A DNA stretch of 64,000 nucleotides from an uncultured Trueperaceae bacterium. GTDB taxonomy: Bacteria > Deinococcota > Deinococci > Deinococcales > Trueperaceae. The DNA is taken from contig CAWFFU010000003.1 of the NCBI GenBank assembly GCA_963815215.1, positions 352,001 to 416,000 of the forward strand, given 5' to 3'. A program made the translations under genes and the position numbers. Below are positions 18,284 through 28,248 of this stretch, one piece after another. The notes beneath the pieces are model-generated. The model made no database searches. It saw only the letters and a program-made list of their open reading frames with translations, and had not been told where the DNA came from. Each line of letters opens with the position of its first letter. The stretch's first letter is position 1.

Positions 18284-19453
18284 ATGTCCGACCCGGCGGT
18301 GCTGACGCTCGCCGCGCTCGAGGCCGAGGGCGTTGGCGCCGGGCGCCTGCTCCAGCTCCGTGACGCCTTCGGCACCGTTGCGGCAGGCCTCGAGGCGGCG
18401 GCGAAGGGGGCCGATCCTCCCGCCCGCTTCCCGCGCGCCCTGTTCCATCAGCTGTCCGCCCGTCTCGACCTCCGGGGCGCGTCCCGCCGGGTCCGGAGCC
18501 TGCGCGAGGCTGGCATCGAGGTGGTCGCCTGGGATGACCCGCGCTATCCTGCTCCCCTGTGGCTGGACGACGATGCGCCACCGGCGCTGCTGTACCTGCA
18601 GGGCACGCTGCCGCCGACGCTGTCGCGCTCCGCCGCGCGGGTGCGCGCCGCTGCCATCGTCGGCACGCGCCGCCCCACGGGGCGGGGCGTGGCACTGGCG
18701 AAGGAGCTGGCAGCCTCCCTGGCGGCGCTCGACGTTGCGGTGGTGTCCGGGCTGGCGCTGGGTATCGATGGCGCCGCGCATGAAGGCGCCCTGGACGGCG
18801 CGGGGCCGACCGTCGCGGTGCTCGGCGGGGGGCACCGCTACCTCCACCCGCCCAGTCACCGGCCGCTGGCTCGGCGCATCGTGCGATCGGGCGGCGCCGT
18901 GCTCAGCGAACACCCGCCCGAGGTGCGTCCCGACCGGCACACCTTCCCGGAGCGGAACCGGCTCATCAGCGGACTATCGCGGCTGGTCGTGGTGGTGGAG
19001 GCTGGGCTCCGCTCGGGCTCCAACAGCACCGTCGAGCATGCCTACCGGCAACACCGCGACGTCTTCGCCTGCCCCGGACGCCCCGGCGATCCCGCCGTTG
19101 CCGGCACGTTGCGCCTCATCCGGGACGGAGCGCTCCTGGTCACCGAGCTCGAGGACGTGCTCTGCCACTTCCGCGCCGAGCCCGGCGCTCCCGCACCGAG
19201 GCCCCGGCGAGCCGGCCCGGCTGCGCACGACCGCTTGCTCGGGGCGCTGTACGCCGTCGAGGAGGCCACCGTCGACGAGCTCGCCAAGGCCGTGCGATCA
19301 CCGGTCGGCCAGGTGCTGGCCGGCCTCACGGCCCTGGAGATGCGGGGCAGCGCGGTGCGGACGCTCGCCGGCCGCTACCGGCTGGCAGGCCCCGAGCGTG
19401 ATCGTCGGACGGCCGCGGCCCAGGCCCGCACGGCCGAACGGTCGCGGACGTGA
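18284..19453 (+). CDS. dprA: DNA-processing protein DprA
   Basis: AIVGTR, VVSGLALGIDGAAH, FPERNRLISGLS, VVVEAG, C-terminal winged helix; start could also be the coupled GTG at 18179. Confidence 0.95.
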   Translation: MSDPAVLTLAALEAEGVGAGRLLQLRDAFGTVAAGLEAAAKGADPPARFPRALFHQLSARLDLRGASRRVRSLREAGIEVVAWDDPRYPAPLWLDDDAPPALLYLQGTLPPTLSRSAARVRAAAIVGTRRPTGRGVALAKELAASLAALDVAVVSGLALGIDGAAHEGALDGAGPTVAVLGGGHRYLHPPSHRPLARRIVRSGGAVLSEHPPEVRPDRHTFPERNRLISGLSRLVVVVEAGLRSGSNSTVEHAYRQHRDVFACPGRPGDPAVAGTLRLIRDGALLVTELEDVLCHFRAEPGAPAPRPRRAGPAAHDRLLGALYAVEEATVDELAKAVRSPVGQVLAGLTALEMRGSAVRTLAGRYRLAGPERDRRTAAAQARTAERSRT

Positions 19454-19586
19454 AGGAAGCGCGGCGCGCGACGCGGCCGCACGCCCGACGAGCGCTCGCG
19501 GGCTAGGCTGAAGGGGTGAGCGCGTTCCTGCCCCCGACCCCCGCCTTGCGCCCCGCCCTGTGTCCTGCCCCGCGGCGCCTCGCGCC

Positions 19587-20837
19587 ATGAGCCGGACTCG
19601 GGACGCGGTCGCGCAGCGGCGCCTCAGGCGCGGCCCCACGTTGGCGCTGTTCGCCGTGTTGCTGTGGCTGCTGCCCGGCGCGGCCCTGGCGCAGGGGCTG
19701 ACCGTGTGGACCACCTACCAGGGCTCAGCGCTCGCTTGGCTGCGCAGCGAGGCGACCACGTACCAGCAGGCGTTCGGCAAGCCGGTCGAGGTCATCACGC
19801 GCAAGCTCGGTGAGATCAAGCAGGGAGCCATGACCGAAGCCGCCAAGGGCGCCGCGGCCGACGTGTTCGTGGGCATCCCCCAGGACCAGTTCTCCGCCCT
19901 CGCCGACGGCGGCGTGCTGGCCGACGTGGGGAGCTTCGCCACGGCCCACTACCTGTCTCAGCTCAGCGACCAGGCGCAGCGCGCCTTCCGTTACCGCGGG
20001 GTGCTGTACGGACTGCCTCTGTCCGTGCAGGGGCCCGCGCTCATCGTCAACACCGACCTGGTGCCGCGAGCCCCGGCGAGCTACCCCGAGATGGTGTCGA
20101 TCGCCGAGAAGCTGACAGGTGGAGGCCGCTACGGGTTCGCCTTCGATGCGGGCAATTTCTACTACAGCTACGCCTGGCTCCGCACGTTCGGAGGCGCGGT
20201 GTTCGGGCGCACCGCGGGCGGAGCCATCGAGCCCGGTCGCACCGAGCTCGCCAGCCCGGGTGCGGTGGCGGGGGCCCGCGCCTTGAAGGCGCTGCGCTTC
20301 GACCACGGGCTGATCCCAGACGGGCAGGACTACGCGTCCTTGCGCAAGCTGTTCCTGGACGGACGGCTCGCCATGACCTTCGACGGACCGTGGGCGATCC
20401 CGGCGATGCGGGCCGCGGGCATCCCCATCGCCGTCCTGCCGATGCCGCCCCTGGCGGACGGGACCCCGTTCAGGGGCTTCATGAACGTCGACGGCGTGTT
20501 ACTGAACCGCTACAGCGAGGATCCGGTGGCGGCCGCGAACCTGGCCAAGTGGCTCACGACCACCGACGCCCAGGCGGCGCTGGCACGCCGGGCAGGGCTG
20601 GTTCCGGCGTCGAACGCCGCGCTCGGCAAGGTGCGCGACGACGCGGTCGTCGCCGGCTTCGGCGCCGCCCTGGCGAACGCCCAGGCGATCCCCAACGTCC
20701 CCGAGATGGGGGCCGTGTGGGGGCCGATGGACCGGGCGCTCGGCACGATCCTCGCCTCCAAGGACAGCGACGTAGCTGCCGCGCTCCGGGCGGCGGCGCG
20801 ATCGATCACCGGCTCGACCCCATCGGCGAGCCCGTGA
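19587..20837 (+). CDS. Maltose/maltodextrin-type extracellular solute-binding protein (no adjacent permease)
   Basis: Signal peptide; YRGVLYGLP, MTFDGPWA, IPNVPEMGAVW as in the MalE family. Confidence 0.88.
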   Translation: MSRTRDAVAQRRLRRGPTLALFAVLLWLLPGAALAQGLTVWTTYQGSALAWLRSEATTYQQAFGKPVEVITRKLGEIKQGAMTEAAKGAAADVFVGIPQDQFSALADGGVLADVGSFATAHYLSQLSDQAQRAFRYRGVLYGLPLSVQGPALIVNTDLVPRAPASYPEMVSIAEKLTGGGRYGFAFDAGNFYYSYAWLRTFGGAVFGRTAGGAIEPGRTELASPGAVAGARALKALRFDHGLIPDGQDYASLRKLFLDGRLAMTFDGPWAIPAMRAAGIPIAVLPMPPLADGTPFRGFMNVDGVLLNRYSEDPVAAANLAKWLTTTDAQAALARRAGLVPASNAALGKVRDDAVVAGFGAALANAQAIPNVPEMGAVWGPMDRALGTILASKDSDVAAALRAAARSITGSTPSASP

Positions 20838-20894
20838 ATCCCGTCACAGGCGGGTCTTTCGGCCCCTGCAAGGGGTCCGGGGCCGTGGTAGGCT
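20833..20894 (+). promoter_or_regulatory. CRP-like site and leaderless promoter of the speD-like-glpK-glpD unit
   Basis: CGTGA-N6-TCACA at 20833-20848; TGgTAGGCT (-10 at 20889-20894) 7 nt before GTG 20902. Confidence 0.55.
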
Positions 20895-20901
20895 GGGCAG
20901 G

Positions 20902-21357
20902 GTGAACGGCTACGACAATCTCGGATACGGAACCCACCTGATCCTCGACGGATTCCGCGCCGATGCCGCGCGGCTCACCGACGACGCGGCGATCGCGGCG
21001 GCCCTCGAGGCCGTGCTCGGTCTGATGGGCGAGACGGGCGCCGCCGGGGTACTACTCCGCCATGATCGGGACGGCGCCGCCGGGGCCAGCGCGGCGATCG
21101 TCGGCGCGGAAGCGCACGCCTGCCTGCACGCCTTCCCGGCGCTGCGCAAACTCTCGCTCGACGCGTTCTCCGCGCGCTCGCTGCCGAGTCAGGCCGTCAC
21201 CGAGGCGTTTCTCCAACGCTTCGCGGTGGGGCGCTACGAGTCGCGCGTCCACGGTCGGGGGCGCTTGCTACCCCCCGGGCATGAGGGAATCGAGCGTGCG
21301 CTGGACGGCGATCGCGACTACGCCCGCTTGAGGTTGCGGGACCTGCTGGGAGCCTGA
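20902..21357 (+). CDS. S-adenosylmethionine decarboxylase-like protein lacking the self-cleavage serine
   Basis: GTHLILD start; GASAAIVGAEAHACLHAFP..LSLDAFS aligns by eye with the class 1B motif GVS..IAESHISIHTWPE..VDVFTC. Confidence 0.75.
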   Translation: MNGYDNLGYGTHLILDGFRADAARLTDDAAIAAALEAVLGLMGETGAAGVLLRHDRDGAAGASAAIVGAEAHACLHAFPALRKLSLDAFSARSLPSQAVTEAFLQRFAVGRYESRVHGRGRLLPPGHEGIERALDGDRDYARLRLRDLLGA

Positions 21358-21454
21358 AGCGGTTCGAGGGATCATGCCAGCGGAGCGGTCGTGCGCCGGG
21401 GCGGCGTCGGCGACCGCGGGCGGGGGCCGAGGCGTTCCGCCGTGGAGGTGAAGG

Positions 21455-22945
21455 GTGCCCGATTTCGTTGTTGCGCTGGACCAGGGAACGACCAGCTCGC
21501 GCGCGATCCTGTTCGATCGCGCCGGCTCCATCCGCGCGCTCGCGCAGCGCGAGTTCGAACAGCTCTACCCTCGGCCGGGTTGGGTCGAGCACGACCCCAC
21601 CGAGATCTGGTCGTCGCAGGCGGCGGTCGTGGGCGAGGTGCTGGCGAGGGCCGGCATCCGCGCCAAGGACGTGGCCGCAGCCGGGATCACCAACCAGCGG
21701 GAGACTACCGTCGTGTGGGACCGGAAGACCCTGGAACCGGTGCACAACGCCATCGTCTGGCAGGACCGCCGCACCGCCGGTCTGATCGATGCGCTGCGCG
21801 TCGAAGGCTTCGAGTCGGAGGTCCAGTCGAGGACCGGTCTGGTGCTGGATGCCTACTTCTCGGGCAGCAAGCTGGCCTGGCTGCTGGACAATGTGGATGG
21901 GTTGCGGGCCCGGGCCGAACGAGGCGAGGTCGCCTTCGGCACGATCGACAGCTGGCTCGCCGCGCGCCTGAGCGGTGGTGAGCTGCATGTCACCGATATC
22001 TCCAACGCCAGCCGCACCATGCTCTACAACATCCACGAGCGAGACTGGGACGACGTCCTGCTCGAGCGCCTGCGCATCCCCCGCGCCATGATGCCGCAGG
22101 TGCGGTCCTGCTCCGAGATCTACGGCACCATCCGCGAAGGCGGCCTCGCCGGCGCGCCGCTCGCCGGTATGGCCGGGGATCAGCAGGCCGCCACCTTCGG
22201 GCAGACCTGCTTCGAGGCGGGGCAGGTCAAGAACACCTATGGAACCGGTTGCTTCCTCGTGCTCAACACCGGTCCCGTGCCGACGCGCTCGGCCAACCGC
22301 CTGCTGACCACCGTCGCCTGGGACGTGGGCGGCGAGGTCGACTTCGCCCTGGAGGGGAGCATCTTCATGGCCGGAGCGGTGGTGCAGTGGCTGCGCGACG
22401 GGCTGGGTCTCATCCGCTCGGCGGAGGAGGTCGAGGGACTGGCCGGGAGCGTTCCCGACAACGGTGGCGTCTACCTGGTTCCCGCGTTCGCGGGGCTGGG
22501 GGCGCCGCACTGGGATGCCTACGCCCGCGGCACGGTGGTGGGGCTGACGCGTGGAAGCAGCGCCGGGCATCTTGCCCGGGCCGCCTTGGAGGCGATCGCC
22601 TTCCAGGTCGCCGACGTCGTCGAGGCCATGCAGGCCGACAGCGGCTCGCCGATCGGCGAGCTTCGCGTCGACGGCGGCGCCGCCCGCAACGACCTGTTGA
22701 TGCAGCTCCAGGCCGATATCCTCGGCGTTCCGGTGGTGCGCCCGACGATCACGGAGACGACGGCGCTGGGCGCGGCCAACCTGGCCGGACTGGCCGTCGG
22801 CTTCTGGACGGGCAAGGAGGAGCTGGCGAGCCACTGGAAGGTGGACCGCCGCTTCGAGCCCGCCATGGCGGACGCCCGACGCGAAGCGTTGATGCACGAC
22901 TGGAGGCGCGCCTTGGAGCGCGCCGGAAGGTGGGTGGAAGCATGA
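21455..22945 (+). CDS. glpK: Glycerol kinase
   Basis: [52 protein letters not shown]. Confidence 0.99.
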   Translation: MPDFVVALDQGTTSSRAILFDRAGSIRALAQREFEQLYPRPGWVEHDPTEIWSSQAAVVGEVLARAGIRAKDVAAAGITNQRETTVVWDRKTLEPVHNAIVWQDRRTAGLIDALRVEGFESEVQSRTGLVLDAYFSGSKLAWLLDNVDGLRARAERGEVAFGTIDSWLAARLSGGELHVTDISNASRTMLYNIHERDWDDVLLERLRIPRAMMPQVRSCSEIYGTIREGGLAGAPLAGMAGDQQAATFGQTCFEAGQVKNTYGTGCFLVLNTGPVPTRSANRLLTTVAWDVGGEVDFALEGSIFMAGAVVQWLRDGLGLIRSAEEVEGLAGSVPDNGGVYLVPAFAGLGAPHWDAYARGTVVGLTRGSSAGHLARAALEAIAFQVADVVEAMQADSGSPIGELRVDGGAARNDLLMQLQADILGVPVVRPTITETTALGAANLAGLAVGFWTGKEELASHWKVDRRFEPAMADARREALMHDWRRALERAGRWVEA

Positions 22946-24579
22946 GGCCGGCATGGCCCGATCGCGAAGAACAGCTGGCCCGAATGCGGGCCGATGATGG
23001 CGCCTTCGACCTGCTCGTGATCGGCGGAGGCGCCACCGGCACGGGGGTAGCGCTCGACGCCGCCACGCGCGGCCTGCGTGTCGCGCTGGTCGAGCGCGGA
23101 GACTTCTCCGGCGGTACCAGCAGCCGCAGCACCAAGCTCATCCACGGCGGCGTGCGCTACCTGGAGAAGGCGGTCAAGCACTTCGACCGCTCGCAGTTCA
23201 ACCTCGTGCGCGACGCTCTGCACGAGCGGGCGGTGCTGCTGCGTATCGCTCCGCACCTCAGCAACCCCTTGCCGATCGTCACGCCGCTGTACAACTGGCT
23301 GGAGGTCCCCTACTACCTCACCGGCCTGAAACTCTACGACTGGCTGGCGGGCCGCTCCAACCTGCAGCCGAGCCGCTTCGTCGATGCCAAGGAGGCGCTC
23401 CAGCGCTTCCCCATGCTCAAACAGCAGGGGTTGCGCGGGGGCGTTCTGTACTACGACGGCCAGTTCGACGACGCGCGCATGAACCTCGCCATCGGGCTCA
23501 CGGCGGCGCGCGAGGGCGCCGTCATCGCCAACCACGTCGCCGTGGAATCCCTCATGCAGCAGGGAGGCCGAGTGAGCGGAGCCGAGGTCGTCGACCGGCT
23601 CACGGGCGAACGTTTCGAGGTGCCGGCACGCGCCGTCGTCAACGCCACCGGACCGTTCACGGATGCCGTGCGGCGCATGGAGGATTCCGATGCCCGGCCG
23701 ATGGTGACCGCCAGCTCCGGCATCCACATCGTCTTGGACCAGCGCTTCTCCCCACCGGCCACCGGCCTGCTCATCCCGCAGACCGAGGACGGGCGTGTGC
23801 TGTTCCTGTTGCCCTGGCTCGGGCACACGCTGGTCGGCACCACCGACGACGAAGCAGCCATCGAGGAAGAGCCCCGGGTACACGAGGAGGAGATCGCCTA
23901 CGTGCTCCGGCACGTGGATCGCTACTTCGATGTACCCGTGACGCGTGCCGACGTGAAGGCCGCGTGGTCGGGGTTGAGACCGTTGGTCTCCGATCCCGAG
24001 GCCGCGGATACCGCCGGATTGTCGCGTGACCACATCGTCAACGTCGGCCCTGCCGGACTGATCACCATCGCGGGCGGGAAGTGGACGACCTACCGCCGCA
24101 TGGCGGTCGACGCCGTCAATGAGGCGGTGCGTGTCGGTTCGCTGTCGCCGAGTGCGCCGAGCAGCACGGCGACGCTCACGCTGGTCGGTGGCGAAGGCTT
24201 CAGCGCCCAGGGCGCGGGAGCGCTGCAGGAGCGCTTCTCGCTCGACGCCGACGTCGCCAGCTACCTCAATCGCGCCTACGGTAGCTTCGCCCCCGAGGTC
24301 GCGGGCCTGGCCCGCGACGGCCACGGCGACCGCTTGGTCGACGGCCACCCTTACCTCGAGGCCGAAGTCGTGTATGCCGCGCGCCACGAGTACGCCCGCA
24401 GCACGAGCGATGTGTTGTGGCGCCGGTTGCGTCTCGGCGTGCTCGACGAGACGGCGGCCGCGGCCGCGCTGGAGCGCGTGTCCGAAGTGCTCGCAGGCGA
24501 GCTAGGCTGGGACGGGGAACGTCGTGCGAGCGACCTCAGCGGCGCGCGCGCGCTCATCGGCGCCGCAGCCGTGCCCTGA
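22942..24579 (+). CDS. glpD: FAD-dependent glycerol-3-phosphate dehydrogenase
   Basis: [37 protein letters not shown] overlap with glpK. Confidence 0.97.
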   Translation: MRPAWPDREEQLARMRADDGAFDLLVIGGGATGTGVALDAATRGLRVALVERGDFSGGTSSRSTKLIHGGVRYLEKAVKHFDRSQFNLVRDALHERAVLLRIAPHLSNPLPIVTPLYNWLEVPYYLTGLKLYDWLAGRSNLQPSRFVDAKEALQRFPMLKQQGLRGGVLYYDGQFDDARMNLAIGLTAAREGAVIANHVAVESLMQQGGRVSGAEVVDRLTGERFEVPARAVVNATGPFTDAVRRMEDSDARPMVTASSGIHIVLDQRFSPPATGLLIPQTEDGRVLFLLPWLGHTLVGTTDDEAAIEEEPRVHEEEIAYVLRHVDRYFDVPVTRADVKAAWSGLRPLVSDPEAADTAGLSRDHIVNVGPAGLITIAGGKWTTYRRMAVDAVNEAVRVGSLSPSAPSSTATLTLVGGEGFSAQGAGALQERFSLDADVASYLNRAYGSFAPEVAGLARDGHGDRLVDGHPYLEAEVVYAARHEYARSTSDVLWRRLRLGVLDETAAAAALERVSEVLAGELGWDGERRASDLSGARALIGAAAVP

Positions 24580-24608
24580 CCCGTCGGCTCCACTTCGCTT
24601 GGGAGGCA

Positions 24609-24637
24609 TCGGTGGCCGCGCGACGCGCGGCCACCGA
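24609..24637. terminator. Hairpin between convergent glpD and acyl-CoA synthetase genes
   Basis: Perfect 14-bp inverted repeat TCGGTGGCCGCGCG-A-CGCGCGGCCACCGA. Confidence 0.65.
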
Positions 24638-24644
24638 GCTTCGT

Positions 24645-26342
24645 CTAGGCCTCGTTCTTCAGCTCCGGGAAGTCCTCTTCCCAGTATTCCGCCTCCGCCC
24701 GCGGCCCGCCGCTGTGGGCGTGCTCGTCGCGGCGCAGCTCGACCCGGCGGATCTTCCCGGAGATGGTCTTGGGCAACGAGCCGAACTGGAGGCGTCGCAC
24801 GCGCAGGTACGGCGCCATCCGGCGCCGGATGAACCGGAAGATGTCGAGGGCGGTCTCGCGGTCGGCCAGACGACCGACGGAAAGCGTCACGAACGCCTTG
24901 GGCACCGACAAGCGCACGGCGTCGGGGCTGGGCACCACCGCCGCCTCCTGGACCGAAGGGTGCTCGATCAGGATGCTCTCGAGCTCGAAAGGGCTGATGC
25001 GGTAGTCCGAGCTCTTGAACACGTCGTCGGCCCGTCCCACGTACCAGTAGTAGCCGTCGTCGTCGACCGAGGCGACGTCCCCGGTGCGGTAGAAGCCTCC
25101 CTGGGTGGCGGCTGCGGTTCGTTCGTCATCGTCGATGTAGCCGTCCATCAGGGCCAGCGGGCGGGGGTCGAGATTCAGTGAGATCTCCCCTTCGGGCACG
25201 CCTACCTGCCCATCGGGACCCAGGAGCGTCACCCGGTAACCGGGGAGCGGCCTTCCCATCGAGCCCGGCTTGACCGGCTGCCCCGGCGTGTTGCCCACCT
25301 GAGCCGTCGTCTCCGTCTGGCCGTAGCCGTCGCGAAGCGTGATCCCCCAGGCCTTCCGCACCGACTCGATGATCTCCGGGTTCATCGGCTCGCCGGCCCC
25401 CACCAGCTCGCGTAGCTTCACCGGGTAGGAGGCGAGATCCTCGCGGAACAGCAGGCGCCACACGGTGGGCGGCGCGCACAGCGAGCTCACCTCGTGCCGG
25501 ACCATCGCCTCCAGCGCGCGCCCGGCGTCGAAGCGCTGGTAGTCGTACACGAACACCGTCGCGCCGGCGTTCCAGGGGGAGAAGAAGTTGCTCCAGGCGT
25601 GCTTGGCCCAACCCGGCGAGCTGATGTTCCAGTGCACGTCCCCCTCCAGGTGACCGATCCAGTACATGGTCGACAGGTGGCCGACCGGATAGCTCTGGTG
25701 GGTGTGGAGCACCAGCTTCGGCTTGGAGGTGGTGCCGGAGGTGAAGTACAGCAGCATAGGATCGCCGGCACGGGTCTCCCCTTCGGGCGCGAACGCCGCG
25801 CTTCCCGACAGCGCCTCGTCGTACGACACCCAGCCCGGGCGCGGGCCGCCAACCACCATGCGCGTGAACTCGCCTCGGACCGCGTCCACCTTGTCGGCGC
25901 CGGCCTCGTCGGTGATGACGTGGCGCACGCGCCCCCGCCCGATCCGATCGCGCAGGTCCTCCGCTGTCAGCAGTGTGGTGGCAGGGATCAGGACGGTGCC
26001 GAGCTTGATCGAGGCCAGCATCACCACCCACAGCGGCGCCACATTGGGGAGCATCACCAGCACGCGGTCGCCGCGACGAGCCCCCAACCCCTGCAGGGTC
26101 CGGGCGAGCTGCGAGGACCGCTCGGAGAGCTCCGCGAAGGACAACCGGGTGTCGTTTCCCTCGTCGTCCACGACGTGCAGGCCGGTGCGATCGTTGCCCT
26201 TGGCGAAGACATCGAACCAGTCCAACGCCCAGTTGAAGCGGTCGAGCACGGGCCAGGCGAAGCCGTTGTAGGCGGCGTCGTAGTCCTCGCGCTCGCGGAG
26301 CAGGAAGTCGCGAGCCTGCAAGAAGGTATCGGTGGCTGTCAA
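24645..26342 (-). CDS. AMP-forming short/medium-chain acyl-CoA synthetase
   Basis: YFTSGTTSKPK, DGYGQTET, YRTGD, GRADDVFKS, LPKTISGKIRR; TTG start 7 nt after SD AAAGGAG. Confidence 0.93.
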   Translation of the reverse strand: MTATDTFLQARDFLLREREDYDAAYNGFAWPVLDRFNWALDWFDVFAKGNDRTGLHVVDDEGNDTRLSFAELSERSSQLARTLQGLGARRGDRVLVMLPNVAPLWVVMLASIKLGTVLIPATTLLTAEDLRDRIGRGRVRHVITDEAGADKVDAVRGEFTRMVVGGPRPGWVSYDEALSGSAAFAPEGETRAGDPMLLYFTSGTTSKPKLVLHTHQSYPVGHLSTMYWIGHLEGDVHWNISSPGWAKHAWSNFFSPWNAGATVFVYDYQRFDAGRALEAMVRHEVSSLCAPPTVWRLLFREDLASYPVKLRELVGAGEPMNPEIIESVRKAWGITLRDGYGQTETTAQVGNTPGQPVKPGSMGRPLPGYRVTLLGPDGQVGVPEGEISLNLDPRPLALMDGYIDDDERTAAATQGGFYRTGDVASVDDDGYYWYVGRADDVFKSSDYRISPFELESILIEHPSVQEAAVVPSPDAVRLSVPKAFVTLSVGRLADRETALDIFRFIRRRMAPYLRVRRLQFGSLPKTISGKIRRVELRRDEHAHSGGPRAEAEYWEEDFPELKNEA

Positions 26343-26409
26343 GGAGACGCTCCTTTCCGGGTCGGAGCCGGTGCCGCGCAGATCCGCACCGACCCTCGGC
26401 GGCGATGCG

Positions 26410-26502
26410 CTACGCGTCGCCGGTGACGCGGAAGCCACTACGTCCGGACGAGCCCCCGCGACCTGTGAGTGAGCGGAGCGGCGTTCGAGCAGCACGCTCC
26501 AT
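26410..26502 (-). CDS. Putative leaderless upstream ORF of the acyl-CoA synthetase gene (30 aa)
   Basis: TACCAT (26514-26509), 6 nt, then ATG; MERAARTPLRSLTGRGGSSGRSGFRVTGDA*. Confidence 0.4.
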   Translation of the reverse strand: MERAARTPLRSLTGRGGSSGRSGFRVTGDA

Positions 26503-26600
26503 GCGCGCATGGTACGCCCGTTGGATGAGCCCCGTCCCCGGACGCGCCGTGCGCGCCCTGAAGCGGGGGCCGCGAGGCTCCTGTACACTTCGGAGACCGT

Positions 26601-26687
26601 GCCGGGATGGCGGAATCGGTAGACGCAGCAGACTTAAAATCTGCAGCCCGCCAGGGCATGCGGGTTCGAGTCCCGCTCCCGGCACCA
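26601..26687 (+). tRNA. tRNA-Leu (anticodon TAA)
   Basis: GCCGGGA/TCCCGGC acceptor stem, GCAGA-CTTAAAA-TCTGC anticodon arm, long variable arm, GGTTCGAGTCC, encoded CCA; TACACT at 26584. Confidence 0.97.
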
Positions 26688-26699
26688 GTTCAGGACGGT

Positions 26700-26862
26700 A
26701 CGTACGGCAGGTCGTTCGACTCACTCCGAACGACCTCACCATCTGCTCCTCAGCGGGCAACGTCTCGTTTGGCCCATAGACCCTTCCAGAAGCTGTTGTC
26801 GGACGATCTGGCTGGCCAGACATGCGAGCGGAACACGAATCGCGCTCGAGCCGTCGCCTCAT
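26700..26862 (-). pseudogene. GntR-family regulator N-terminal wHTH remnant
   Basis: With two frameshifts it reads MRRRLERDS/VPLACLASQIVRQQLLEG/VYGPNETLPAEEQMVRSFGVSRTTCR and is cut off just before the tRNA 3' end. Confidence 0.7.
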
Positions 26863-26984
26863 GGTATGCCCATGATCTATCCCTTCTCTGGTCGTCGAGG
26901 TGCCCGTCGTGGGTTCATCGCCGATCGGGACCCCGGCGGGTGATTCGCCCTGCCCGGCGGGCGGTAGGCCCAAGGCCAGCGACC

Positions 26985-27451
26985 ATGATCGGGCATTCAT
27001 CGGGCGCGTCGTCGGGGTTCTATTCCTCGGCGCTTTCCTCCTCTGCGGCACGGGTTCGCTACTCGTGATGTCCATCGAGGCGGCCCTCCTCGCCGTCGGG
27101 ATCGCCGGCGTCCCGCTCGTCGTGCTGGCCGCCGCGGCCGGTGACACCGGTCTGGCACGGATTCTCGTCGAAGGGAACGGGCAGGCTCTTCAAGTCGCCA
27201 TGGTTGGACTCGGCATCGGGAGCGTCCCCTTCTTCTGGGCGCTCGGACGGGAGCGGCTCATCCCCCGCTTCCTCGCCGCCTGGGGGGCGCTCGGCTACGC
27301 GATCTTCGCCACCGGCGCCGTTCTCGAGATCCTCAACGTTCCGGTCGGCGTATGGCTCGCCGCGCCTGCCGGCCTGTTCGAGGTCGCCTTCGCCGCGTAC
27401 CTCCTCGTCAGGAGCATGCCGCTCGACCGGAACCTGGTGCTCGGGCCATGA
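26985..27451 (+). pseudogene. DUF4386-like membrane protein, probably degraded
   Basis: GRVVGVLFL...LIPRFLAAWGALGY...PAGLFEV resembles DUF4386; nearest ATG (26985) is out of frame and the product looks internally shortened. Confidence 0.55.
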
Positions 27452-27921
27452 ACGTCGACGATGACGGCGGTTAGCAGTTCCGGTTCTTCACGCCATGACC
27501 CTACGGGTCGACGCCGACTGGAGGTATCGAGACGCCAGCCTCCGTCGTTCAGTCCACGCAGTCGTCCGCAGAGACGATGCACCGCGGCTGACCGCAGGTC
27601 GGGGAGCAGTATCGGTCCAGCTCTCGATCGGCCTGGTAACGAGGTACCTCACGGAAGCCGACCTGCTAGACGCACCCAAGTGAGGATGGGTGCGCATCGG
27701 TCCGAGGGGCCCGGGCGCCCTGCCGGAAAGTGGGTGTCCCCCCGACCGCGGGAATCTGGGTGTCCCTAGCGGGTCCTCGATCTGCAGGCGCTTGTTGTGC
27801 TGCGTGACGGTGGGTAGAGTCACGGTCGCGCCTCCCAATCATGAGAGGTTTGTGAAGCTTTGTATGGAAGGGGCCTGGGGCAAGGGGCAATCTTGCAGAG
27901 ATTACGCTCGGAGGGGGCGGT

Positions 27922-28248
27922 ATGGAGAACTTCAACCCGTTCAAGTTCGAGGGACGCATCGGCCGGCTCCAGCTCTTCGGTTTCGGCGTCATCTGGGGCG
28001 TCATCCTGTTCATTCTCATGCTCATGTTCGGCGGCAGCAGCTCCGGCATCTTCGTGTACTTCGTCATCTGGGTCGTGTACGCCATCGCTACCGTCAGCTA
28101 CGGCATCCGGCGTCTGCACGACTTCGACAAGAGCGGTTGGTGGTACCTGCTCGGCTTCGTTCCGCTCGCGAACTTCGTGCTCGCTGTGATCCTCCTGTTC
28201 GCGCCAGGCACCCAAGGGGCGAATACCTACGGCGTCCGCGTCCGATAA
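27922..28248 (+). CDS. DUF805 (YhaH/YhaI-like) inner membrane protein
   Basis: FEGRIGR, IRRLHDFDKSGWW, PGTQGANTYG; SD GGAGG; hairpin at 28270-28300 downstream. Confidence 0.92.
   Translation: MENFNPFKFEGRIGRLQLFGFGVIWGVILFILMLMFGGSSSGIFVYFVIWVVYAIATVSYGIRRLHDFDKSGWWYLLGFVPLANFVLAVILLFAPGTQGANTYGVRVR

Noticed and set aside
21374..21451. 25-aa ORF ending just before glpK
   Set aside because: Its stop is the TGA inside the glpK SD (GGAGGTGA), a common coincidence; no promoter or coupling at its start
26343..26588. 82-aa N-terminal extension of the acyl-CoA synthetase ORF
   Set aside because: Not protein-like, runs into the tRNA-Leu promoter, and a strong SD marks TTG 26342
26601..26687. bldA-like regulation through rare TTA codons
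   Set aside because: The TTA codons I noticed fall in unrelated genes (sugar-binding protein, nfeD, dgkA) with no functional pattern; untestable from one window
27495..27683. 62-aa ORF followed by a CGCACCCA/TGGGTGCG hairpin
   Set aside because: No SD, no convincing -10 spacing, atypical codons and no recognisable motif; cannot be supported, though not excluded
27731..27766. 10-bp direct repeat TGGGTGTCCC as IS/REP end or CRISPR remnant
   Set aside because: Only two short copies 16 nt apart; no transposase or cas gene
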